Assembly: GCA_039679675.1 (NCBI GenBank)
Contig: JBDKUN010000028.1
Location: 121,954 to 185,953 of the forward strand
DNA: 64,000 bases
DNA from: Armatimonadota bacterium
GTDB lineage: Bacteria > Armatimonadota > UBA5829 > DTLH01
Direction: 5' to 3'
How positions within the stretch are numbered: the first letter of the stretch is position 1; every line of letters starts with the position of its first letter. Below, in pieces: positions 18,694 to 28,600 of this stretch. Made by a program: the position numbers and the translations under genes. The notes under the pieces are model-generated. The model saw only the letters and a list, made by a program, of their open reading frames with translations. It was not told the DNA's origin and ran no database searches.

Positions 18694-19473
18694 ATGGTCC
18701 TAAGTGAACAAGCAACACAGCTACTTGATGCTTTCTTAACCGTCTGTGATAAGCTCATAGAGCGCACCAACCAATTACCCCCACCTACGGACGAGGTAGA
18801 CCGTCGGGTCAAGCATCGCTATTATTTTTACCTTAATAAAAGCATAAGCACTTTTATGGCATTCAACATCCTAATCAGAAAGGGTTATCTCTACGAGGCT
18901 CAGATAATCTCAAGAGCAAACTTCGAATTACTGGTTGATTTGATATACTATCACTCAAACCCAATACACCTGAGTCAGCGTTTTGATGACTATTTCCATG
19001 TAGCATCGGAATATGAGGTGCTATTGCTTAATGTGGGTTGTGACGAAACAAAACTCCCAGCGGCCGAAAAGTCACGAATTGATGCACTGAAAGAAAGCTT
19101 TCGTAGTAAGTATGGCGGCAAAAAGTTTCCAAAACATTGGTCGGGCATTAACACAATTAGGGAACGGTCAATAAATGTCGGTATGGAAGAAAGCTATCGC
19201 ACTACATATCACCTTAGATCCGATATAGCTCACAGTGGCATTAATAGCGAAGCTTGCTATATGCATTTTGTCAATTTACCTCTAGAAAATACAATGGATG
19301 TTCTTAGACAGCAAAAACTGTGTATCGAAATCGTATCAGCTTGCACTGATATGTTGCATTGTTTGAAGATTGCTGAAGATGGGCTTGCTCTAATGAGCTA
19401 TGAACTAATTCATGACCTCTATAACCAGTATGCTAGTTATGCAGGAACTATATTGGGAATCATAGATCGTTAA
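18694..19473 (+). CDS. DUF5677-like (HEPN-related) protein
   Basis: SRANFE..V...Y and YRTTYHLRSDIAHS motifs; AT-rich; GGGAGG RBS. Confidence 0.65.
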   Translation: MVLSEQATQLLDAFLTVCDKLIERTNQLPPPTDEVDRRVKHRYYFYLNKSISTFMAFNILIRKGYLYEAQIISRANFELLVDLIYYHSNPIHLSQRFDDYFHVASEYEVLLLNVGCDETKLPAAEKSRIDALKESFRSKYGGKKFPKHWSGINTIRERSINVGMEESYRTTYHLRSDIAHSGINSEACYMHFVNLPLENTMDVLRQQKLCIEIVSACTDMLHCLKIAEDGLALMSYELIHDLYNQYASYAGTILGIIDR

Positions 19474-19616
19474 TAGACAACCTTTTGCAACTCTAAATAT
19501 TAAAAAACACGTATAAACCTTTGGACGGGGAAATGGTGGAAGATAAAGTCGATTTGGTCGACTCTTTCGACCCAACAGATTCGCTAGAATCGTGGGTCTT
19601 AGAAAGCAATTTTTAC

Positions 19617-21455
19617 GTGACGCTGAAAGATAAGCTTTCGACGTTGCCGACGAGTCCGGGCGTGTATCTTATGAAGAACTCGCTCGGAGAGATAATCTAT
19701 GTCGGCAAGGCCGTTGTGCTTAAAAACAGGGTAAGGTCATACTTCCAGAAGCTCGGAAAAGACATCTCCGGCAAGGTCCGGCACATGGTCCACGAGATCG
19801 CCGACCTGGAGTGGATTGTCACCGATTCCGAGCTTGAAGCGCTCATTCTCGAGTCCAACCTCATCAAGAAATACCGCCCGCACTACAACGTCCGCTTAAA
19901 GGACGACAAGAGCTACCCTTACATCGCCATAACGATGAAGGACCGATTCCCCAGGCCGATGTTCATGCGGAAGATCAGGTTCGAGGGCAAAGACGGCAAC
20001 AAGTATTTCGGCCCGTACACCGACTCCAACGCGGTTCGCGAGACACTGAGGCTCATCCGGCGGGTGTTCAAAGTGCCCTGCGGCTATACAGACCCGACCC
20101 AGTCCAAGGGCCGCGCGTGCCTCTATTACCACATAGGCCAGTGCCTCGGACCCTGCGCGGGCGAAGTCACCGAGGAAGAGTATCGCCAAGTCATCAAAGA
20201 CGTAATCACCTTCCTTGAAGGCAGGCAGGAAAAACTTCTGAAGGAACTTCAAAAGCAGATGGAAGAAGCATCCGAAAAACTGCTTTTCGAGAAGGCAGCA
20301 AGGCTCCGCGACCAAGCACAGGCGATGCAGCGGATAGTCGAACGGCAGAAAATCATATCGAACGCTATGACTGATCAGGATGTCGTGGCGCTAGTCACCG
20401 ATAACGGGAACGCCATAGCCCAGATGTTCTTCATCCGGGGCGGGAAGCTGATCGGGCAGGAGCATTTTCTTTTAGAGGGGACTTCGAGCGATGACCTGTC
20501 GGAAGGCGTCCGGGAGTTCGTAAAGCAGTATTATCAAACGGCGGCCTATGTGCCAAAGGAAATCCTGCTCCAGTATGAGATCGACGAGATAGAGATAATC
20601 GAAAGCTGGCTGAGGCAGAAGCGCGGGACAAAAGTCGGCATCAGCCACCCGGTGCGGGGCGAAAAGCGGCAGCTTGTGGAGATGGCGGAGAAGAATGCTT
20701 CAACTGTCCTTGACCAGCTCAGAAAAAAGATCGAAACCGATGAAGCTATGGTCTCGGCAGAGCTTTCTGAACTGCAGGAAGGGCTGGATTTGCCAAAACC
20801 GCCCAGACGGATCGAATGCTACGACATTTCGAACATTATGGGGACGGAAGCGGTCGGTTCGCTTGTTGTTTTCGAGAACGGGAAGCCGAAAAAGTCCGAT
20901 TACCGCAGGTTCAAGATCAAATATACGCCTGAACAGCCGGATGACTACGCCATGATGCGCGAAGTGCTGGCGCGAAGGATCACCGGGAAGCTCCGGCAGA
21001 CGGAAAAGTTTGCAAAACTGCCCGATCTGCTGATGGTGGACGGCGGCAAGGGGCAGCTGAATGTCGCCGTGGAAGTGCTGAACGCCTTCGACGAGGAGGT
21101 CCCCGTCATAGGTCTCGCGAAGGAGTTCGAGGAAGTGTTCAAACCCGGCGAGTCCGATCCCAGGATACTTCCCAGGGCCTCGAAGGGGCTTCACCTGCTC
21201 CAAAGAGTGAGGGATGAAGCGCACAGGTTTGCAATAGAGTACCATCGGAAGCTCAGGGCGAAGAAGATGACAAAGTCCATCCTGGCGGAGATTCCGGGCA
21301 TCGGCAAAAAGCGCCGGAGCGCGCTTTTGAAGCACTTCGGGTCTTTGAAAAAGGTCCGTGAAGCATCTCTGGAGGAATTGGAACAGGCCCCGACGATGAC
21401 CAAGCCTGCAGCGGAGACTGTCTACAGCTATCTTCGGGAAGCGGAGAACAGGTAG
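19617..21455 (+). CDS. uvrC: Excinuclease ABC subunit C
   Basis: LPTSPGVYLMK..IIYVGKA (GIY-YIG), RIECYDISN, DGGKGQL, RDEAHRFA, HhH; start uncertain (19521-19617). Confidence 0.97.
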   Translation: MTLKDKLSTLPTSPGVYLMKNSLGEIIYVGKAVVLKNRVRSYFQKLGKDISGKVRHMVHEIADLEWIVTDSELEALILESNLIKKYRPHYNVRLKDDKSYPYIAITMKDRFPRPMFMRKIRFEGKDGNKYFGPYTDSNAVRETLRLIRRVFKVPCGYTDPTQSKGRACLYYHIGQCLGPCAGEVTEEEYRQVIKDVITFLEGRQEKLLKELQKQMEEASEKLLFEKAARLRDQAQAMQRIVERQKIISNAMTDQDVVALVTDNGNAIAQMFFIRGGKLIGQEHFLLEGTSSDDLSEGVREFVKQYYQTAAYVPKEILLQYEIDEIEIIESWLRQKRGTKVGISHPVRGEKRQLVEMAEKNASTVLDQLRKKIETDEAMVSAELSELQEGLDLPKPPRRIECYDISNIMGTEAVGSLVVFENGKPKKSDYRRFKIKYTPEQPDDYAMMREVLARRITGKLRQTEKFAKLPDLLMVDGGKGQLNVAVEVLNAFDEEVPVIGLAKEFEEVFKPGESDPRILPRASKGLHLLQRVRDEAHRFAIEYHRKLRAKKMTKSILAEIPGIGKKRRSALLKHFGSLKKVREASLEELEQAPTMTKPAAETVYSYLREAENR

Positions 21456-21456
21456 C

Positions 21457-21645
21457 TTTTTGAACCGCGGAGACACGGAATAATGGGAAACGCGGAAGGT
21501 GGAGATTTGTAGAGTTTATGATGGCACGGGGGATCAATGTTCCGTGTTTGTTTCTTGGACATCCATGTCCCATGAGTGATGGCAGTAGTGAGGGGCATGG
21601 ATGCCCGCGGAACAAAGGGCGGGGCTTGGAACCACCGCCCTATCA
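21457..21645. repeat. Composite palindromic repeat region after uvrC
   Basis: TTTTGAACCGCGGAGACACGGAA end motif, AGGGGCATGGATGCCC, AGGGCGG...CCGCCCT hairpin containing GGAACCACC shared with 45100-45150. Confidence 0.65.
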
Positions 21646-21693
21646 AGTTTACAGCTATCTCTGCGAAACAGAGAATATGGAGTAGATTTCAAT

Positions 21694-22146
21694 ATGATCG
21701 TAGACAAGTTGCAGAATGCAGCCGCGTACCGCGCGCTTGGGCCGGGTATAGCGGCTGCTTTTGATTACCTCAAGTCACAGGATTTTGCGAATATTCCAGC
21801 CGGAAAATACGAGATAGACGGCGATAATTGCTTCGCGATGGTCCAGGACTACGAAACAGTGCATCGGGCGGAGAAACGCTGGGAGGCCCATCGGAAATAT
21901 ATCGACATCCAGTATATTGCAGGCGGGGCTGAACATATAGGTTACGCCAACCTGGACACACTGAAAGTAGTCGAGGACTATGACGAGGCAAAAGACATCA
22001 CCTGGCTCGAAGGCTGCGGAGATTTTATCACTGCGTCCCACGGTTCATTCGTTATCCTCTACCCGCAGGATGCCCACATGCCGGGTGTTGCAATCGACAA
22101 CCCGGAACCTGTCCGCAAAGTGGTCGTAAAGATAGCCGTAAGATAA
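21694..22146 (+). CDS. YhcH/YjgK/YiaL (NanQ-like) family protein
   Basis: MIVDKL, WEAHRKYIDIQY, YDEAKDI, PQDAHMPG, VRKVVVKI. Confidence 0.92.
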   Translation: MIVDKLQNAAAYRALGPGIAAAFDYLKSQDFANIPAGKYEIDGDNCFAMVQDYETVHRAEKRWEAHRKYIDIQYIAGGAEHIGYANLDTLKVVEDYDEAKDITWLEGCGDFITASHGSFVILYPQDAHMPGVAIDNPEPVRKVVVKIAVR

Positions 22147-22245
22147 AAAAGTATTAATATTTGCAAAAAGACGAGATTCGGGAAGGAAGTTCTGGAGCAA
22201 AAAAGGTATTACTATAACCATGAGAAACCTGTGGTTTGAAAAGAA

Positions 22246-22821
22246 ATGAGAGAATCGCCTTGTCTCGTCGGAGAAAAAGTCTACCTCCGGCAGATCAAAA
22301 GAGAAGACTTGATACATATCCATAAGTGGGTGAACGACCCTGAGATAAGCGGGCTGATCGGCCAGGTAGGCACAATGAGCCCGGAGCAAGTCAACGAGTG
22401 GTTTACAAAGGTCGAAGCGGACAACAGCCGGGTGTGGTTTGTGGTCGTCTTAAAGAGAAATGACCGGGTTATCGGTGAAGCCGGACTTCTCAGGATGTTC
22501 GATGAATGGCGGACGACCGATCTCACTATGATCATCGGGGAAAAAGATGCATGGGACCAGGGATATGGCACGGAAGCTATTACTCTTCTGTTGCATTACG
22601 CTTTCCGGAACCTGTGCTTCCATAGAGTGGCGATAGGTGTCGTCGGGTTCAATGAGCGAGCCTTACATTTTTACAAAAAAGTTGGATTCAAAGAGGAAGG
22701 CTTGCAGCGGGACGGGTATTACTATAACCATAGGTACTATGATTTTGTGATGATGAGCATTCTTGATAGCGAATATCGAGAACTTGATGGAGGAAATTAT
22801 GGCACAAGCACAGCAGGGTAA
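22246..22821 (+). CDS. GNAT (RimJ/RimL-type) N-acetyltransferase
   Basis: GEKVYLR, WDQGYGTEA, NERALHFYKKVGFKEEG, MSILDSEY. Confidence 0.9.
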   Translation: MRESPCLVGEKVYLRQIKREDLIHIHKWVNDPEISGLIGQVGTMSPEQVNEWFTKVEADNSRVWFVVVLKRNDRVIGEAGLLRMFDEWRTTDLTMIIGEKDAWDQGYGTEAITLLLHYAFRNLCFHRVAIGVVGFNERALHFYKKVGFKEEGLQRDGYYYNHRYYDFVMMSILDSEYRELDGGNYGTSTAG

Positions 22822-23227
22822 TACCGTAAAGGTGCATTACACCGGAAAACTGGATGACGGCAGCGTATTCGACAGCTCCGCCAACCGCGATCCGATAGAG
22901 TTCACGATAGGTGAAGGCCGGGTCATACCAGGGTTCGAAAACGGCATAGTCGGTATGAACACCGGCGAGTCAAAGACAATTTCGATACCTGCGGACCAGG
23001 CATATGGCCCGCATCGCGAAGATATGGTTGTAGCAGTCGACAAAAAGCACCTGCCGCCAGACCTTGAAGCCGAAGTCGGCGACCAGTTGCAGATGCGCCA
23101 GTCAGACGGCCAGCCGGTAGTCGTTACCGTAGCCGATATAAACGATGAAAGCATCACTCTCGACGCAAACCACCCGCTCGCAGGCAAAGACCTCACATTC
23201 GATGTGGAACTGGTCGAAGTAAGCTAG
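22799..23227 (+). CDS. FKBP-type peptidyl-prolyl isomerase (SlyD/SlpA-like)
   Basis: VKVHYTGKLDDGSVFDSS, IPGFE, AYG, LDANHPLAGKDLTFDVELV. Confidence 0.95.
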   Translation: MAQAQQGNTVKVHYTGKLDDGSVFDSSANRDPIEFTIGEGRVIPGFENGIVGMNTGESKTISIPADQAYGPHREDMVVAVDKKHLPPDLEAEVGDQLQMRQSDGQPVVVTVADINDESITLDANHPLAGKDLTFDVELVEVS

Positions 23228-23238
23228 CAGAACTTTTA

Positions 23239-23269
23239 AGCACGGATGTGGTTCTCGCCCATCCGTGCT
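23239..23269 (+). terminator. Hairpin after the PPIase gene
   Basis: AGCACGGATG...CATCCGTGCT. Confidence 0.5.
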
Positions 23270-23415
23270 AACACCTCAAACTATCTCATTTCGCGTTTTC
23301 TCCCCCGTCTGTGATAAAATCCAAGTAGATTACCGTTACTTCCGCGCATGCGCCGGAGAAAATAATGCGCCGTTCTTCCCGCAAGTTAACAGACACCGAA
23401 CCTGATGCGTCTAAT

Positions 23416-24021
23416 ATGATGAAAGAGATGTTACCGGGCAGCTTAGTAAGTGCCGGGGCAAGCGCGATTGTCTCGGACCAGAACAAATTGTTGGCGGCGG
23501 CGCAGCTTGGCGATTCTGATGCGTTCGGAATACTGTTCGAACAGACCAAAGACGCAGTGTATTCGTTCGTAATGAGATCGGTCGGCTCAAAAGAGGACGC
23601 CGAGGATATCGTCCAGGAGGTCTATTGCAGGGCATGGAGGTCGATAAACCGGTTCAGAGGCGATTCGAAACTCCTGACATGGCTTTACCGGATAGCCGTT
23701 AATCTGTGCATAGACCATTCAAGGTCGAAGCACAGAAGGTCTTATACCGAGACTGAAACCGAGATCGACCTTGAGCAGATGGAATTGACTCCACACTCGG
23801 ACCAGAACATCGAGACCGGAAGCATCAACAGGTATATGATCAACGAGGCACTGCAGAAACTCGCTCCGGCCTGCAAAATGCTCGTTGTTTTGTGCGATGT
23901 TCAGGGGTTCACCTGCAGCGAAGCTGCGGAGATAATAGGGTGCTCACCAGTGAGTGCGAGAGTCAGACTGAGCCGGACCAGAAGAAAGCTGCGAAGGTTA
24001 TTGCAGGATGAGGTGCTGTAA
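23416..24021 (+). CDS. ECF RNA polymerase sigma factor
   Basis: GDSDAF, DAEDIVQE, FRGDSKLLTWLYRIAVNLCID, region-4 HTH; start uncertain. Confidence 0.92.
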   Translation: MMKEMLPGSLVSAGASAIVSDQNKLLAAAQLGDSDAFGILFEQTKDAVYSFVMRSVGSKEDAEDIVQEVYCRAWRSINRFRGDSKLLTWLYRIAVNLCIDHSRSKHRRSYTETETEIDLEQMELTPHSDQNIETGSINRYMINEALQKLAPACKMLVVLCDVQGFTCSEAAEIIGCSPVSARVRLSRTRRKLRRLLQDEVL

Positions 24022-24022
24022 G

Positions 24023-24763
24023 ATGAGTGTAAAATGCTATCTTGTGGCATTGTGGCTGTCGGCTGTGCCGGACGGCACAGCGCTTCCACGGCTGATCAGA
24101 AAACATATTGACGGCTGCGAGCGGTGCCGGAAGGAAGCTGCAGCGTACAAACGCCTGAGTACGGTGCTGAAGACAGGCATCGAGAGCGATCAAAAGTGCG
24201 GACTCACCTGGGCGGAGATAAAGGCGAGCCCTGCTTTCAGCAAGAACGAAGCCGCGAGACCGCGCCTGCCGCTCATTCTCGCCTATTCGGCAGCATGCGT
24301 CCTCTTGGCCGCGCTTATCGGAACATGGATGCTGGGTCAACCGAAGAATGAGGCCAAAGTCGCACAGACTCCCACGGTCACTGCGCCTGAAGTCAAACCG
24401 GATCAGGATAAACCTCAACAAATCGCGGAGACGCAGCAGGAAAAGCCGCATCCGGCGGGCAAACCAGCTGTCCAACCTGTTTCTAAGCCCGAACGGGTCG
24501 TAGTCAAGCAGATTATGAAGCCCAGGCACACTGCTGTGGCTGAGGTCAGGAAGGGAAAACCTGTCAAGAATATGGTTTCGGGGGAAGAAAAGGTCGCGGA
24601 AACCCCGACTGATACGCCGTCCGCAACTGCCAATGTAATTACCGGTAACGATGAAGAGCATGTGATCGGTGTCATGCGCACGGCTCCTGAAGCTGCCAAT
24701 AATGATGATGCGTCCATTTCCGGGCAAGGTGACCAGCCGCGGTTCGTGCTGGTGGACCTGTAG
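24023..24763 (+). CDS. Zinc-binding transmembrane anti-sigma factor
   Basis: HIDGCERC (HxxxCxxC), one TM helix, low-complexity P/Q/K-rich extracytoplasmic tail. Confidence 0.8.
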   Translation: MSVKCYLVALWLSAVPDGTALPRLIRKHIDGCERCRKEAAAYKRLSTVLKTGIESDQKCGLTWAEIKASPAFSKNEAARPRLPLILAYSAACVLLAALIGTWMLGQPKNEAKVAQTPTVTAPEVKPDQDKPQQIAETQQEKPHPAGKPAVQPVSKPERVVVKQIMKPRHTAVAEVRKGKPVKNMVSGEEKVAETPTDTPSATANVITGNDEEHVIGVMRTAPEAANNDDASISGQGDQPRFVLVDL

Positions 24764-24789
24764 TAAACAAGGGGTGCTGTAGGTAAAAA

Positions 24790-26283
24790 ATGAAGCTCAG
24801 ATTTTTCATTCCGGCATTGATCTTTATATGGCTTGCTGCGCCGGGCGGCGCGGCGACCATGCAGGAATTGAGCAATGATATAACGGCACTTATAAAGCAT
24901 GCCGGACCCGCAGTAGTTGAAATATACTCGGTTCAAAAGGTATACGCCTCAAGTGCAGACACATCGAACACTGCCAGGGAACCTGTCGGGCTCAAAAAAA
25001 GGATCGGCTCCGGCTTCGTCATCAGCGCGGACGGCTCCATAATGACCACAGGAAGCGTCGTAAACGGCGCGGATGCCATCAGCGTCAGGTTCACGGACGG
25101 CACGGCAGCAGACGGAAAGCTTATGGGGATCGATCCGCTGACGGATATAGCGGTCGTTAAGGTCAAACGATCCGGTCTCAAATTTCTGGAACTTGGGGAC
25201 TCGAACGCACTCGCTCCAGGTACATTTGTCCTCAGTATCAACAACCAATCAGGAATGATCAATTCTGCCTCACTCGGAATGATCTCCGGCGTCAGCAGGC
25301 GGATGGGGCTCAGCGCATCCGGCCTGCTCCAGATATCCGGAACGGTGGGCCCCGGCGCAAGCGGCGGCCCTGTGCTCGACTGCAAGGGAAAAGTGGTCGG
25401 CGTAACAGTGGCGATGATGGCTCCTTCTGCCACGTTCCTCTGGTCAAAACTTCCGGATGACATCAAAGCCGAACTGGTAGAAAACGAAGGAGCGCTGCTT
25501 GATCTGATGGACCGGCTGGGTTTCAAGATGCGCACGAGCAGCGACACGGTAGTCGATATAGAAAACCTGCTCAACGACCTGACGAACGTTTCCGGGAGCA
25601 GCGGGTTTGCCATCCCGATAGACAAGGTCAAACCGGTCATTGCGGACCTGAAGGCCGGAAAACCCGTCAAGCGGAGCCGCCTCGGCGTGTCGGTTGCAGA
25701 TAGAGACGGAGAACTTGTGCTTGTTCCTCTGAAAGACGGTCCCGCAGCGGCTGCTGGGATACAGCCAGGCGATGTGTTTGTGAGTGCTGACGGGAAGGCT
25801 TTCAAAACTGCGGGTGAGTTTTCGGACTATATCCTGAACCTTGCGCCCGGAGATGTGGTAACGATTGTTGTCAAACGGGGAAATGAAACAAAGCCCATCA
25901 AAGTCAAGCTGGGCGAACGCGCGCTGGCCGTTCCACAGCCGGCTGTAAGCAAAAACAACAGAATTACCATCAGTTCATCCGGCTCAGGGACAGTCGGTGT
26001 GACTGCACTTACCCTGGGGACAGCAACCGGGGCTGTGGCTGTTGCCAGGTCAGGCAATAAGATCGCACTCGATATTAAGAAATCTACTTTCAAAGACGTT
26101 GCAGCGGCCCTCATGAAGGCGACCGACCATAAAATTACAATTGCGAACCCGGACAAGCTGAACAGGGTGTTCACCCTCAAAATCGAGCAGTCAACCTTTG
26201 AACAGGCGCTTGAGGCAGCTTGCAAAGCTGCTGGATGCACTTACCGCATCGACAAGGGTGCTTACATCATTATCTCCAAATAA
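24790..26283 (+). CDS. HtrA/DegP-like trypsin-PDZ protein with C-terminal STN-like domain, catalytic His absent
   Basis: Signal peptide, PAVV, GSGFVIS.DG.IMTTGSVV, TDIAVVK, GPGASGGP, GFAIP, PDZ (GPAAAAGIQPGDV). Confidence 0.85.
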   Translation: MKLRFFIPALIFIWLAAPGGAATMQELSNDITALIKHAGPAVVEIYSVQKVYASSADTSNTAREPVGLKKRIGSGFVISADGSIMTTGSVVNGADAISVRFTDGTAADGKLMGIDPLTDIAVVKVKRSGLKFLELGDSNALAPGTFVLSINNQSGMINSASLGMISGVSRRMGLSASGLLQISGTVGPGASGGPVLDCKGKVVGVTVAMMAPSATFLWSKLPDDIKAELVENEGALLDLMDRLGFKMRTSSDTVVDIENLLNDLTNVSGSSGFAIPIDKVKPVIADLKAGKPVKRSRLGVSVADRDGELVLVPLKDGPAAAAGIQPGDVFVSADGKAFKTAGEFSDYILNLAPGDVVTIVVKRGNETKPIKVKLGERALAVPQPAVSKNNRITISSSGSGTVGVTALTLGTATGAVAVARSGNKIALDIKKSTFKDVAAALMKATDHKITIANPDKLNRVFTLKIEQSTFEQALEAACKAAGCTYRIDKGAYIIISK

Positions 26284-26468
26284 AACCCCCTTTCTGACCG
26301 GTTTGAGTATTGCGTAAACTGGCTTAGTGGGCCGGGTTATGCTACAATCTATATCGAACCGGGCAGCCTGTGTGCTTCCACCACTTTGTTCTTCATTTGT
26401 TATGGTTCCCAAGCTAGCTCTTCAAGATACAGGCGGTTTTTCCATGGGAGTCATAATGAGAGCGGAAA

Positions 26469-27533
26469 ATGAAAATCACATTTTTACTACCTGGCCCTGC
26501 GCGCAAACCTATGGGCGGATACAGGGTGGCTTATGAATATGCCGACAGATTAGCCGGCAGAGGCCATCGGGTGTGCGTGGTGCATGACCTGAACGTGCCC
26601 TACCTCGACTACAGGAAGCCCTATGCGCTCAGATACATCGGCCACTGGCTTACGAACGGGCATATTCCGAGATGGTTCAGCTTCAAAAACCGTGTCGAGC
26701 TCAAACTGGTTTCTCATGCATCAGACAGGTATATGCCCGATGCGGATGCGGTGATAGCCACCTGGTGGGGAACTGCGTATTCCGTAAGCAAGTTATCTGC
26801 TGCAAAAGGCAAGAAGTTCTACCTCATACAGGAATACGTGATGAGGGGGAATGATGAGTCCCTCGTCCACGAGTCTTACGCATTAGGGCTCGCCAACATA
26901 GTGATTGCCGGCTGGATAAAGCGCGCGGTGGAGCAGGCCGGCGGGAGTGTTTGCGCGCTCATTCCGAACGGCATAGATACGGATTTTTTTAGGATTAAAA
27001 CTCCCATAGAGTCGCGTGATCCTCATTCGGTCACTATGATGTACCACGAAGCCGCGTTCAAAGGATCAAAAGAAGCTATCGAAGCGCTCAAAATCGTTCG
27101 TTCTGCGATACCCGGTCTCAAAGTAACGGAATTCAGTGTTTTCAATCAGCCCAATTGGATGCCTGAATGGATCGATTTCGTGCATAATCCCTCTCAAGAA
27201 GTGCTTGTCGATATTTATAACAGCCATGCTGTCTTCGTAAACGCGAGCACAAGTGAGGGATGGGGGCTTCCATCAGCAGAATCGGCGGCATGCGGGTGCG
27301 CTTTGGTATCTACAGATGTAGGCTGGGTGTCTGACTATGCTTCGGACAAAGAAATAGTGCTCGTCTCCCCTTCCGATGCTCCATCTCTGGCGGAAAACAT
27401 ACTGAAACTGGTCCAGGATAACGATTTTCGCGTTAGGTTGGCTAATCAGGGCCACGATTTTATCGGAAATTTCAGCTGGGACAAGGCTGTCGATGCTTTG
27501 GAAACTGTTCTATCAGGTGACCGGCCAAGATGA
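26469..27533 (+). CDS. Glycosyltransferase family 4
   Basis: GGYRVAYEYA..L..RGH, IPNGID, EGWGLPSAE. Confidence 0.9.
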   Translation: MKITFLLPGPARKPMGGYRVAYEYADRLAGRGHRVCVVHDLNVPYLDYRKPYALRYIGHWLTNGHIPRWFSFKNRVELKLVSHASDRYMPDADAVIATWWGTAYSVSKLSAAKGKKFYLIQEYVMRGNDESLVHESYALGLANIVIAGWIKRAVEQAGGSVCALIPNGIDTDFFRIKTPIESRDPHSVTMMYHEAAFKGSKEAIEALKIVRSAIPGLKVTEFSVFNQPNWMPEWIDFVHNPSQEVLVDIYNSHAVFVNASTSEGWGLPSAESAACGCALVSTDVGWVSDYASDKEIVLVSPSDAPSLAENILKLVQDNDFRVRLANQGHDFIGNFSWDKAVDALETVLSGDRPR

Positions 27534-28600
27534 AAAGCGGAAGCGTTTGTATCCTCCTTCTAAACTGGAACAACTGGAAGGACACCGTCGAGTGTCTGGA
27601 AAGCATTCTGCGCTCTGATTACTCTGACTACCGGGTAATAGTCTGCGACAACGGTTCCGAGGACGGGTCAATCGATCGAATCAAGACTTGGGCAGATGGA
27701 AGAATAGAGCCGCCGGTTGCTGACGAGCGGCGCAAAGATTGCTCATCTCCACCAGTAGCAAAGCCGGTCGGATTTGTGGAATACAGCCGTTCGGAGGCTG
27801 AAAGCGGCGGCGATCCATCTGATTCGGATGCAAAGCTGATTATCATCCGAAACGGCGGAAACCTCGGTTTTTCCGCCGGAAATAACGTAGGAATACGCTA
27901 CGCCATAAGCCGGGGCGCGGATTTCATCTGGCTGCTCAACAATGATACAGTGGTTGCCGACAGCAAAATTATCGAGAAATTAATAGAAAACTGCGGCGAG
28001 AAGTCCATCTGCAGCACGGTGACAGTCGATTACTACTCCGATGCCATCTGGTACAGCGGTGGGAAGATCCCATGGTCTGTAGCAGGCCCGGTTCACTGGC
28101 ATAATCGAAGAGACGCCGGTGTCTATGATACAGAGTTCATTTCGGGTTGCAACCTGTTTTCTAAAGCAAAGGTCTTTGCGGATATTGGGCTGCTGGATGA
28201 GCGTTTTTTTGTGGGGATGGAAGACTGCGTGCTTTGCTGGAAAGCCAAAAGGAGCGGCTATAGGCTACAGGTACTCAATATAGATGCGGTCCGGCACAAG
28301 ATCGGCAAGACGAACCGGTTTTCGCGGTTCGCGATAGTCAACTCATATCTCTGCAAGAGTTTCTGGGTCCGGGAAACGACTCCCAACATATTTATGCGAT
28401 TTATCTGGCTCATGTGGTTTGTTTTTGCCAATCTGCTGGTAAGGCACACCACCAGATTTCTTGCAGAGAAAATCAGAGGTGTAAAAAGCGATTTCGGCTT
28501 GATGGAGTTTTGGCAGCTTGCCGTTAAAGCCCTGCTCAGAGGGTTCAGAGTGAAAGCTGTGTCACTTAGCGAGATTCGGAGCATTTTGGACCGGAAATGA
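27530..28600 (+). CDS. Glycosyltransferase family 2 (rhamnosyltransferase-like)
   Basis: ILLLNWN, DNGSED, NLGFSAGNN, LLNND, GLLDERFF. Confidence 0.9.
   Translation: MKSGSVCILLLNWNNWKDTVECLESILRSDYSDYRVIVCDNGSEDGSIDRIKTWADGRIEPPVADERRKDCSSPPVAKPVGFVEYSRSEAESGGDPSDSDAKLIIIRNGGNLGFSAGNNVGIRYAISRGADFIWLLNNDTVVADSKIIEKLIENCGEKSICSTVTVDYYSDAIWYSGGKIPWSVAGPVHWHNRRDAGVYDTEFISGCNLFSKAKVFADIGLLDERFFVGMEDCVLCWKAKRSGYRLQVLNIDAVRHKIGKTNRFSRFAIVNSYLCKSFWVRETTPNIFMRFIWLMWFVFANLLVRHTTRFLAEKIRGVKSDFGLMEFWQLAVKALLRGFRVKAVSLSEIRSILDRK

Noticed and set aside
26284..26468. ops/JUMPstart element before the glycosyltransferase cluster
   Set aside because: Only GGCGGT matches, followed by TTTT rather than AG; a 12-bp stem is present but uninformative.
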